A DNA stretch of 63,549 nucleotides, counting the filler, from Piptocephalis cylindrospora (lineage: Eukaryota): NCBI GenBank assembly GCA_003614145.1. It is 22 parts of 22 records of this genome, joined end to end, with 100 filler letters (N's around TTAATTAATTAA, not from the genome) between each part and the next. Parts side by side here need not be neighbours in the genome. Positions count along the whole stretch, not along the records: positions 23,347 to 26,043 come from KZ988847.1; positions 26,144 to 28,945 come from KZ988848.1; positions 29,046 to 31,845 come from KZ988849.1; positions 31,946 to 34,740 come from KZ988850.1; 18 more parts are not named here. One strand, given 5' to 3'. Below are positions 23,751 to 34,840 of the stretch, piece by piece. The notes below the pieces were generated by a model. The model did not search any database, had not been told where the DNA came from, and saw only the letters and a list, made by a program, of their open reading frames with translations. A program made the translations under genes and the position numbers. The stretch's first letter is position 1; each line of letters opens with the position of its first letter.

Positions 23751-24254
23751 TCAAGAATGATAACCACCTTTACCGTGCCTTCCGCTGTGGCCGTGTCGAC
23801 GGTTGTTCCTTTTATTGCCATACTTCGTCTGTTTGCCTCCCTTGGGCTCGTCGTCGCTTGTCCAGGATGAGATTCCATGGTCGCCGTAATCCTTCCGATC
23901 AGTCACTCCTCGCTTCACGAGGTTGGACCCCTGAGTCTCGTCATCGCTTGTCCAGGATGAGATTCCATGGTCGCCGTAATCCTCTCGGTCAGTCACTCCT
24001 CGCTTCACGAGGTACTCTCCATGGGGATCAGCATCACTCGACCATGAAGAGATCCCATGTGTCCCATCATCTTCCAAGCCGGTGACACCGCCCTGGCCGT
24101 AGGATCCATCAGAAGAACTATAATTATCCTGGGGCAGCACAGGGTAATCAAGAGGACTTGTGGGATATCCTAGGCCTTTATTCTCGATCGGAAGAGCTGA
24201 TGTGCTCAGAAAAACTGAGACAAGGATGGCCAAAAAAGTGGTTGGTTGTTGCAT
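23751..24254 (-). CDS. Secreted Kex2-processed repeat protein (KEP); candidate RiPP or peptide precursor, 167 aa
   Basis: Signal peptide MQQPTTFLAILVSVFLSTSA|LP; three 30-aa units (GVTGLEDDGTHGISSWSSDADPHGEYLVKR, GVTDREDYGDHGISSWTSDDETQGSNLVKR, GVTDRKDYGDHGISSWTSDDEPKGGK...NKR); upstream TATATAAA. Confidence 0.85.
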   Translation of the reverse strand: MQQPTTFLAILVSVFLSTSALPIENKGLGYPTSPLDYPVLPQDNYSSSDGSYGQGGVTGLEDDGTHGISSWSSDADPHGEYLVKRGVTDREDYGDHGISSWTSDDETQGSNLVKRGVTDRKDYGDHGISSWTSDDEPKGGKQTKYGNKRNNRRHGHSGRHGKGGYHS

Positions 24255-24362
24255 GTTGAATGGATGAAGCTTTTGGCTGTGATAGATTCTTGAAGATGCG
24301 ATGGGTATGCAGGAATGATGCGATAAATATGCAGGGAGGATGCTTGATAATTTTTCAATAAG

Positions 24363-24462
24363 AATGCTTGATAATGCGATGGAGATGCTTGATGATGCGG
24401 GGGAGATGCTTGATGATGCGATGGAGATGCTTGATGATGCGATGGAGATGCTTGATGCAGAT
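24363..24462 (-). repeat. 21-bp tandem repeat (~4-5 units, ATCATCAAGCATCTCCATCGC) in the presumed 5' leader of the KEP gene
   Basis: gcgatggagatgcttgatgat repeated on the + strand; further degenerate units at ~24298 and ~24338. Confidence 0.85.
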
Positions 24463-24575
24463 GATGCTGGATAAGGTAATGAAAAGGAATGTGATGGGGG
24501 TATGTGCAGGGGAGAGAGAAGAGCGGATGGAGAGAGCAAAGTAGAATATGGGTGAAAAGAATACATTGCCCTGTG

Positions 24576-24583
24576 TTTATATA
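24576..24583 (-). promoter_or_regulatory. Putative TATA box (TATATAAA) of the KEP gene
   Basis: tttatata on the + strand, followed downstream by a pyrimidine-rich leader, ~320 nt before the ATG. Confidence 0.5.
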
Positions 24584-26143
24584 GTCTTCCAAACAAACCC
24601 CTTGAAAAGATGGATCTTACAAATCCAAGAATAGGCCTAGTCCCAGACCCAGACGAGAAACTGACCGCGTCCTCGCTTTATCTGTGATTATTCTATTTTT
24701 GTTCGCGTCCCATGGCTGTGGTAAACTAAACCCAAGAATCAGCATGACGGAGTTTACACCACTTTTCCCCCGATGTCGTCTGCCGTTGATGCCTCCCCCC
24801 TTTCCCCGATCGTTCTACCCTGCACCCCCACACACTAACTGTAGAGACTATTTTTAGTCGATGTGAACGTTAGTGCCTCCCCTCACCCTTTCTCAATATG
24901 AAGACGTGCCAAGTTGCAAATGTCTAATTCGACTCTTCAGGAATAGGGTCTCTCGAAGTACTGATAGTAGACTACGAATACAGAGTATTTTGAGTATACT
25001 AACCCTATATAGCCCCTCTTTTATCGTGTGAACAGCCAGCTTTCCCTCCCTCAAATGTAACCATGAAGGGTAGTACTACCTGTCAAAATACAATGGAGCC
25101 GATGTTCTTCCAGGGTCTGTCCTTCGCGTCGCACCCCCACAAGGTCACGATGAGCAGATGGCGCCTTATCCGAAAAGCACGTTCTATAATTGACTTGGTT
25201 AGCAAATTGTAGGTGCTGGTTCTTTTTTGAGAAAAAAGTCGATCTCACCCGTTTAAACATGTCTTTGCGTACACTATTCTAGGCCAACTAGTCACCGACC
25301 CATAATAATAGCATGCAAGGTTTACTTGGAATATATGGTCACATTGCCAGGTATGAGGTGAAAGTAAATGGTATCTATCGAAATATCAATAAAGAAACGC
25401 AAAGTGAATGCAAACCGCCATGGTACGATTGGCTCTAGTAGCGCCTCCCCTTTTTTTGGAAATCATACGATAAATGGCCACTTGGACACAGAGTAGCAAT
25501 ATGAAAATGCATTTCAAATAGATCATGCATCTTTATAATTAAGCTCGACACTCTTTTACCACTCATTTCGACTGAGTGGAAACCCACGCCCTTCATGGAT
25601 ATCGTCTTGCTCCCATAAGTATAAATTAAATACATATTGTAAATGCATTTATTAAAAGATTTCCCCAAAAGTTACATTTATACCTTTCTTGACAAAAATC
25701 AGATACTTCCCAAATATTCATTGGTTCAATTCCCAATGCAAGAATGAGGGTGGAGGGAAGCGGCTGAAAGGATGCTAGATGGAGAATGGAGGATTGGAGG
25801 AGGCAGGAAAAGAGCAAGGGTGGCAGGGACGGTGGCTAGGGAGATTCATGCGATGACGATGAAGGATATCTATGAGAGAGTATGGCTACGGCGATGTAAG
25901 AGTCAGATAGAGAGGGAGAGGGAGAGGGAAATGGGGATTAGGAGGATATGGAGATTACGGAGGGCCGGGGGGCGACCGGATCACGTTGGGATTGACACTC
26001 CGGAGGGGAATCAGAAACAGGATGGCAACCGCGGGATGGGAGANNNNNNNNNNNNNNNNNNNNNNNNNNNNNNNNNNNNNNNNNNNNTTAATTAATTAAN
26101 NNNNNNNNNNNNNNNNNNNNNNNNNNNNNNNNNNNNNNNNNNN

Positions 26144-26448
26144 GTCTTGAGTTGACGACCACCTAGCTCGAGGGCAATGTCCTTCTCAAGGAAAGCATTG
26201 ACATCGTTCTCGTCCATGCGGACAAAGGCAAGACCACGGCTAAGTCCTTCAGCGTTCCGGGGGATGTGAACGTCGCGGACCTCACCGTAGGCGCTAAAGA
26301 TATCTCGGATCTCGTCGTGGGTGGCGCGGAAGGGGACATTGGCGCAGTAGATGGATCGGTCGGCCTCAGCGATGAGGGAGGTGCCGAAGGAGCGGCGGGT
26401 CAGAGCGGCACCAAGGCGAAGGGGCTGAAGGAGGGCACGAAGGGACAT
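26144..26448 (-). CDS. Single-RRM protein, partial copy in a chimeric contig
   Basis: Reverse complement of 52742-53046. Confidence 0.85.
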
Positions 26449-27081
26449 GGTGACAGGGAAAACAAGGGGATCTCTGGTATTGGGGATATGGGGAGGAAGA
26501 GGGTGACGATACTGTGCTTGGAAGTAGGGCAAGCCTCGGGAGGTCTGTCTCAAGTACTCTCGCGTTGTTCATAGCCTTTAGGACGGCATTGAGGTTCGCG
26601 GGTGGACCGAAGAAAAAAAAAGTGGAAGACTGTGCAAGAAAATAAAAAATTATGCGTGTTTTGATTGTCTGGGGTGGGTGGGTGTGTGCACAGTGGGCCG
26701 GCCGAAACCGGGGCAAGTAAACACACAGCGAGGTTGACGGCTACAAGGCTTAATGATGATCGTTGATTCGGCGATCCAGAGAGCGTTTGGATGATACGCA
26801 CAACTCATTACTAGACTATGAGATAAAGATGTGTTTACTGACAATGAAATAATAATACCAGCTTTTTGTAGAATAGAAAAGGAATGAGCTCTACTTTATT
26901 CTCCTCTCAAAGGGACGATTGATTATCTCATTCATCCTCAAGTATCTGACTAGAGGAGTAAAAAGGAAAGAGTATGGAATGGATGGATGTTGGTTAAACG
27001 ATACATGTACGCACATCCCCTCTCTTCCCCCTCTCTCACGCCATCTCTCCTCTTTCTCCTCCCCTCCCTCCCTCCTAGCGA

Positions 27082-27303
<222 letters not shown>

Positions 27304-27481
27304 TCATGAATAGAAAGGATGTTTTTCAGCTGAATCTTTTTTACCTCTTGGATATTGCTTCTGCTAAGAATGATTGAGATTAATCGGTGATTATCTTGAC
27401 GGATTTTTTTACAGCTGGTCTTGAGGCATCTTATCTAGTACCGTGGTTTACGCGATCCACATCTTATTTTTCTTCACGTCG

Positions 27482-27910
27482 ATGTTCAAACACGCCCTTC
27501 AACTCCATCCCACTCGTACTGCTACATTCTCTAAGCTGCTCCATAGAGGATGGAGTGGACGCTCTGACCTTGGCAACGATGATAGCAATAAGCGACCCTC
27601 CCGTCCAAAACAACCTCTTCCACCAAGTAAGCTACCTGGATCCCCAGACACAGTTCATCTACTCATCGAAGGTTGGCCCAGAGCCTTGGGCCTCCCGCGT
27701 TTACGAGGGCTCCTCACCGCTCACGGATATGTGTATCATCTGGCTTTTTCCCGGAAGCACACTCAAACCCACGGAACACGTACTGCCATTGCAGCCATGA
27801 CGAACAACGCGGCCAAGCGAGCTTGCCAAGCTCTGGACAATCAGCCTCTAGACCGGGGAGGTGGGGGCTTACTCAAGGTCCATGTACGAGCCCCCTTCCC
27901 AAGGAAATGA
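27482..27910 (+). CDS. Small basic protein with a degenerate RRM-like fold (copy)
   Basis: Identical to 53469-53897. Confidence 0.45.
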   Translation: MFKHALQLHPTRTATFSKLLHRGWSGRSDLGNDDSNKRPSRPKQPLPPSKLPGSPDTVHLLIEGWPRALGLPRLRGLLTAHGYVYHLAFSRKHTQTHGTRTAIAAMTNNAAKRACQALDNQPLDRGGGGLLKVHVRAPFPRK

Positions 27911-28210
27911 ACCAAAGTCATGACCGTAGATGGACGCAAGTATAACAACAGTAATAGAAATAATAAAGGCAACACATCTTGTATTCCATCCCTCCTTGAT
28001 CTACTCTCCCTCTTCTTCCCTCTAGATAGACATGTGGCTTGGGATGAGGATAGGAGGAAGCGAAAGAAGAGCGAGAGGGTTCAACGTTCATCAAGTCGCC
28101 TTCTGCGTGGAAGCAAAGTCAAAGATGGAGCATGCCCACTCGATGACTGGGAGTCCTGGGTAATGCGAACTCGACGGGCCGGAGCGGATAGGCTGAGTGG
28201 AGATGGTCGC

Positions 28211-28945
28211 TTACCACTTCCAGTAAGTGGCATAATCCTCCGTGGAGATCGAATATGAAGTGGAAGACGTCTTCTCGTGGCCAACGTCTTTCCCGGGCTT
28301 CCTGCATGTTGAGGGAGAGACGAGGTCGTGGAAGGAGGGAGGGAGGGGGGGCAGACCCGTTCGTCCGACCTGCTCGGCCAGGCTCCCGTGATCCAGTGGA
28401 TCGGAACCTTCATATGTTTTGAGACGCGAGGAGAGAGTGGGCCGAGTGTACCGATGCTCCAAACCCATGACCCGACGGACCCTGGCTGGGCTAGCCTTCT
28501 TCCCCGTGGGTCTCCGTGTACGAAGAGGACCCCCATCTCCCCCTCGCCTAGGTGGAGGAGCCACCATAGGATGCACCCTATCCCGTACCCGACCGAGCCG
28601 TAATCTATCGGAGAAGGCTGGAGACTTGGGGATCGTTGGCTCTTTTCGTCGAATTCTCGGGACCCCATAATCTCCCGAGCTCTGGAGAACCTTCAGGTTC
28701 ACTGGATGGGCCTTGAACTGCGCCCCTTGCTCGCTTTCCTTCTCCTTCACACCGCCCCAAAACATCTTTTCCCGTCGACTACCGAAGGAGAATGCATGGA
28801 TGAGTCTAACTCAGCTGTTAGGGGAGAAGCTGATCAAGCAGAGTATTACTTACGATGAATTATCCTCCCGGAAACGAGAGTGAAATTGAGGTGACTTAGG
28901 TTGGGTTAGCTTGGAACCGGTTCCTTGGACGGATGCTCCCTGGAA
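28211..28945 (-). CDS. TPX2-like microtubule-binding protein, C-terminal part (copy)
   Basis: Identical to 54198-54932. Confidence 0.6.
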
Positions 28946-29666
28946 NNNNNNNNNNNNNNNNNNNNNNNNNNNNNNNNNNNNNNNNNNNNTTAATTAATTA
29001 ANNNNNNNNNNNNNNNNNNNNNNNNNNNNNNNNNNNNNNNNNNNNTCCAAGTAGGCGGAGTAGGTGGGAGTATGCCCCGCTCAAGTTATTTTACACTCCG
29101 ACTGCTTGGTTTTTGATAGAAGGGCCAAGCCACCTGCTTCCCTGGGCCCTCTCTTCCGCCTCTTCGAAGGGAGTCTTCCATTTCCCATTATGTGAATTCC
29201 GATGGGGTTTACCACAGACACTCCCTCACTAGCCCAGTTATTCCAAACTCCGAACCTCCCTCCTTGGGATGTGCCCTAAAGTTCTGGAGCTCCGACTCGT
29301 TCCTATAATCGGAGTTTACTGCGGAGACTAAATCTCAGCTCGTTTTACTCCGATCTGGAGCAGGTGCTGATGGGCTCTCACCTTTCCCATCTATCCTTGT
29401 CTGGCGGGGGGAAGAGCATAAAAGGAGTCCGCCTCCATCTGCTTTCCCTCATCCGCTCGCCTTTTCCCTTAACCCCTTCACATTTCTCTTTCCTCGTCTC
29501 TCATCCCTCGCTTCTCTCTCACTCGCTTTCGCGCCACGACTCGCTCATTCCCACCCGCACCCTCCCTTCACTCGATCTCTCATCCGCTTTCACATCCTCT
29601 CCATCCACTCACCCTCACATCCTCTCCCTTCTCAAACCACTCCGTCAAGACCCTCACTCATTCATC

Positions 29667-29909
29667 ATGTCTCTCCGTTCCGCCATCATTGCCACCATTG
29701 CCGCTGTAGCTGCTATCTCTCTTGTTGCTAAGGTTGAGGCTGCTCCCATGGACAATACTAGGACGCTTACCCGGGTCAACGATATCGAGAACAATGTTGG
29801 CAACGAGCGGACTGAAATCAACGACTACACAAACCGTGCGTGGAGGACTCAATTCCCGGTGCCTACTTACCCCTACGCTGGCCAGGGTTTCGGATTCAAC
29901 TACTTCTAG
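29667..29909 (+). CDS. Small secreted orphan protein/peptide precursor (80 aa)
   Basis: Signal peptide MSLRSAIIATIAAVAAISLVAKVEA|AP; C-ending codon bias; pyrimidine-rich leader with upstream CATAAAA. Confidence 0.75.
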   Translation: MSLRSAIIATIAAVAAISLVAKVEAAPMDNTRTLTRVNDIENNVGNERTEINDYTNRAWRTQFPVPTYPYAGQGFGFNYF

Positions 29910-30620
29910 GTAGTATCTCCTGCTTTCTTCCTGACTCCGTCAGCCTTTTTGCATAGTGTGTTGTGACATTGGTGGACTGATCCCCACTGATCGGCACGAA
30001 CATTTAGATGTGTCAAGTGAATACAGTCTCTTTTCCTTTTTCAGTTGCTTGATGTAATATTGATTTGTACAACGGTGTACTTGGATCATTTGACATTAAC
30101 CTTGGGTTTAAACTTGGGCTTATGATCACCTTGTCGTATCCTGGTTTTAGACTGCCTTTGCCAGGAGCAACCACCGTGATAAATATTCATCTGCTCATCA
30201 TATTATTACTATTGCGGGCATGAACGGTGCATCCTTAGCATTGAAGAGACCCATTGTCACAGCATGCCTAGTTAGTTATTGTGTTTTAATTCAAGCTTGA
30301 GAGTGGTGGTTATGGCGCTTCAGCAAAATTTCCCCGTCGTTCGACTAGCATCCCTGATAATGCTGGGTATCCATAATTGTCGGGGCCTTCATACAAAGAC
30401 ATGGTGCCCATCCATTTACTCCTTACCATGGCTGCATTTGCTTCGCACAGGTATCCCCCGCTATCCTTGCCCTTCCTAGTTCTTGACTTATACTCATCAG
30501 GTATACCAAAGCGCCTCACCCTATGTAAATCAAAAGTGCGATGTAGAGGTACAGGAAGATGAAGGGAGAGGAGGGAAGTATGTCGTGTTGAACTATGATT
30601 CAGTAAACATAGCACACGCT

Positions 30621-31048
30621 TTAATCCTTCCGTTCGGGCCGAGGGAGAGTCACAATCCGAGGCTCAACCATACCGCTTCCACGAATGGCCCAGGGGAAGG
30701 GTCGTCGTGCCATCTGCGAGGGCATGGGAGCCCGCAGGAGTTCCTGCCCCTCCGTACGAATGACCGAACCAACGGCCATGAAGAAGCCAAAGGTAGCAGC
30801 GGATGAACCCATGTACGTGGCGATGGTGTTTAATGATCCCTTATTCCCACCGCCAAAGCTAAACCGGACGGGATGAAACGATGAACGGGGAAGAGGAGCA
30901 ATGTTTTTCTAAAGAGCAGTGCCCCTGAGAGAGGCAACACCTACCGAATAACCTGAACCGTACCCAGAAGGAGCCCCAGACACATCCCAACAGTGCCACC
31001 CATCATGGCGCCCATCTGGAACTTTTGGAACATAGAAGGTTCGGACAT
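30621..31048 (-). CDS. MGR2: Mgr2/Romo1 mitochondrial TIM23-associated protein; exons 31048-30945 and 30858-30621
   Basis: Spliced translation KFQMGAMMGGTVGMCLGLLLG...MGSSAATFGFFMAVGSVIR; in-phase 86-nt GT-AG intron. Confidence 0.93.
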
Positions 31049-33430
31049 GGCTTATGTGGAGTTGGCTGTAGGTGGTTGCGGTGTTCGCTAAAAGACAAAG
31101 AGGGAGTGGGTCAGGGAAAGAAGGAGACGATTGTGCTGGGGTACATCAGATGATTGTGCACTTTAAATACGTCGTACCTCAAAAATTCTCAGCTTTTTAC
31201 GCATCCTAAGGATGGAAGGTATTGATGCAAATTGGCGTCAATAGTGTTCAGGCGTAAAGAGGTATCTATATCGATGAAACTAAAATAGCGATTTACTGAA
31301 CGACCATCATCATAAACAGCGAAACTATATTGGGGAAGATCACAATCATCCCTTTTTCCTAAAAGTATTCATAGGATAAACTCAAAAAAAGAAGTAGTAT
31401 CTTTTCCTTACAATATCGTCGCTTCTTCTATGAATCTTCTGATCCCTCTTACGCATGCTAGCTTATTTGGGTGGGCTATGTGTTCGAATGCCTAGCAGTC
31501 TACCCCACTGAGGGAAAATATAAAGGGCTTATCAACTAATCTTTCGATCCCCCCTATCTCCTCCTTTCATTTCCTCCATTTCTCCTCCCATTTCTCCATC
31601 GTTCCCTTTTACTCTATGAGCTTCCAGGGTCACTAGGTTTTCAACCTAGTCTCCTGGCCATTGGATGCACAGTTTGGTATATTTATCGAGATATTCTACG
31701 GATTGTGTCAAGTTTATCCGAGATGGCACTCAGGCCTGATTTAAAGTACGAATTACGCATGTTGCTTCGGACGCCGATGAAGGCCAAAAGGAGAATAGCC
31801 ATTGAAAAGGGAACGATGGAGAAATGGGAGGGGAAAGGGAGGAAANNNNNNNNNNNNNNNNNNNNNNNNNNNNNNNNNNNNNNNNNNNNTTAATTAATTA
31901 ANNNNNNNNNNNNNNNNNNNNNNNNNNNNNNNNNNNNNNNNNNNNATAGGAGCGTAGCAGTCACGTGATATCGAGGTGTCCCCTATACTAAATTTGATCC
32001 GAGCCGGACTCCCCAATCTCCCTCGAGGAGTTGGTATCTGCAGCAAAGGCCTCTTCGGCTGGCTCTGCCCCGGGGCCCGACGGCCTTGGGATCGAGCTTT
32101 ACCGAAGAATACCCTTCCTGCTTGAGCTTCTTCACGCCGCTATGCTGGATGCACTAGAGAGAGATGATGGTGTAATGAGACAATAAAAACAGAGGAAAAA
32201 GGTTTAATGTGTATTCAAAAGTCTGAGGGAAGGGGGACGAGAGGGGCTTCTTATATATGGAAAGGGGAATTATGGGACAAGAGCTGGCACTGGGCCAGAC
32301 GCTTGGCATGTCGGAGTACTAGAAACTCTGTGGTAATTTCCCTCATTACACTTAGGATGGCGGGTGGTAATTTTAGGAGGGCCTTTAAGGTGTATTTTCC
32401 TGGGGAAGTTCGATCTATCAGCAAAACTCTGGCCAATGGTAGATATGCACGCTGAAAATGTGGAGTGTAAATATCAGTCAATAGAAGCCCAGCAGCCACG
32501 CGATATCGAGGTGTCCCCTGTACTAAATTCGACCCCAAGTAGGGACTATGGTCAAGCTCTACAATGCTAGGAAGCGCACGCGCCCGGGATATTCTAGGCT
32601 CAGCTACTTAGGTCCCTACTCTGTGGTCAGAATTGGCCTGTATGGTAATTATGCCCTCCCCCGCCAATACGGACGTTCCCTCAGCCGTAAGCGCCCCATT
32701 TCTAGGCCTGCTGTCTACAATCAGGAGCCTCAGCAGGAAATGGTCAAAGTGACGATTGACATCTAGTCCGTCTTGGGCCTTTCTTTATTGGTGGGCCTTT
32801 AATGATCCCAACACAGCACCTTCCCACAATGTCTTTTTACCTTTGTAAATGATTGAATGCGATACACAGACCCTCAAAAAAAGCGATATGAGGGGGGGGG
32901 GGGCATATGCCTAGATGTACAGGAGGGGGGCACCATATGGCTGATACACCGAGAATCCAGCAAGAAGATCATCCCCTCCTATCCTACCCAAAGCATCTCC
33001 TCCAGACTGCCCACCGAGGAAGGACCCCTTCCCCCTTTTTCTGAGGATGCCCCCTCTCCTACGTCTTTCCCCCCTTCCACCAAGGGCAACCGCTCTCTTA
33101 CCTCTTTTCCCACATTTACCGAGGATACCCACTCTTCTGACTCTTCCCTCATCTCCTTTGAGTAAGTCTCTCCTTGCCTCCCCTTGACTAAGGGTGCTCA
33201 CATCCTCATTCTTTCCTCATCTCCACTGAGGATACCCATTCTTCCGCTTCTTCCCTCTTCTCCTCTGAGTGTAGCAGAGGAATGCAAAGGGGGAAAAGGT
33301 TTGATGTGTATTCCAAAGCCTGAGGGAATGGAAACGAGAAGTGCCCCTTTTATAGGCGGAAGGAGATAATGGGATGGGGGTCGACTCGGGGCCTTACACG
33401 GAATCCGATCTGGGGCAAATGAAGTAAACC

Positions 33431-34145
33431 GTGATGATTTTCATCATTACAAGGGACACCGAGTCGCTCGATGAAATCCTTGGGAAGTTTACCTTTGAAG
33501 GTGATGATATATTCCTTATACCATGTGAGGACATTCGTACGGTAATATACGGATTTCCTTTGAATTCCCCTCCTATTCCTCGACCATTCAAATTTAAATC
33601 ATCTATGCCTCCAAGATTTCCATCTGCAGAAATGCACATAGATGTTGATTCTCTCCTTTGGAATCTGAGCAATCTTCCTCTCACAGTTCCAATAACCATC
33701 TTCCCAAATCTGAAGACATGGTTAAACATCACTGGGAACCATGCCTACATCTACAACCCTGGGCTAGATAAGAGTATCCTGATGTCCAACACCCCACACT
33801 GTCTTTTCGGCGAGGTAAATCATGATATTACGGTCTATGTTGTCTTCCCTCGCATGGCCCCAGGTACCTTACTGGCTAATCAAGATTACCTACCTTGTGC
33901 CATACGCGATCAATGGTACGCAAGGGTTATATTCAAAGGTTTCACAAAATGACCCAACACTTCCAGGACGTCCCTGCTTGCGTATTTTCTCTCCTTGGCA
34001 ATTGGCCAACTGGATTCCGCCTCCAATAAACTGTGGCTCAGCGGACTAGTCCGAAGATGGGGGCTATTATTTGATCCAAGCGAAAAGTACGACTGATTTT
34101 TGGATTTTATTTTTCCTGCCCCAGCTAAAGGAATAAAAATGAGGC
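33431..34145 (+). pseudogene. Disrupted coding sequence of an unrecognised family, embedded in repeat-rich DNA
   Basis: 173-aa protein-like ORF (DVDSLLW, PHCLFG, VYVVFPR, QWYARVI) followed by apparent continuation in other frames; no ATG start; flanked by transposon-associated modules. Confidence 0.4.
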
Positions 34146-34840
34146 CACGGTGCATTGGAGAACAAAATCATTAAGGAAATGAGGATGGGAAATCCCATGG
34201 CCTTAAGAAGGCACGGATTGTGAGATAGTGCGAGGAAAAGTGTGGAAGACGTGAGATAGTGTCGAGGATGGGAGGAATGGGAAGGTAAAAATAAAGGTAA
34301 AAAATTCGGGGCGGGGGAGTACCCCAATGGGCTCTCTCATATATATGCTGGTTCCCGTAGTATGGAAAAAAGGGAAAATATTGCTATTAGGATGGTCTTT
34401 AGGATAGGTGAACCATGCACGGGCCACATGGTATATACCAAATAGCCCTTTGGCCACTGGCTATGAATATGTAAGTTTATTAGTACCGGACATCAAATAT
34501 GCTCGATTCAAATACAGCATCCCAAAATGTCTTCAAGTGTTTTGATGCCTTAGAATACAAGGCTCATTATGGACAGCATACAACGTCTCATATAACACAA
34601 ATTAGACCATCTGACGCCCTGAAGCCAGGCATTTAGAAACTACAAACATAGATTGATTAGAACCGAAATTTATTCCTCAGGGCAGAATTAAACCAAAGAA
34701 ACGTTTGAACTCTTTTTGGGTGGGTCATGAAAATCCAATCNNNNNNNNNNNNNNNNNNNNNNNNNNNNNNNNNNNNNNNNNNNNTTAATTAATTAANNNN
34801 NNNNNNNNNNNNNNNNNNNNNNNNNNNNNNNNNNNNNNNN

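Noticed and set aside
23576..24085. Plus-strand 169-aa ORF with repeats
   Set aside because: Antisense shadow of the KEP gene; the signal peptide, KR sites and synonymous changes all favour the minus frame
18448..24254. AKR, Sel1 and KEP genes as a biosynthetic cluster
   Set aside because: They lie on different contigs; adjacency is produced by concatenation
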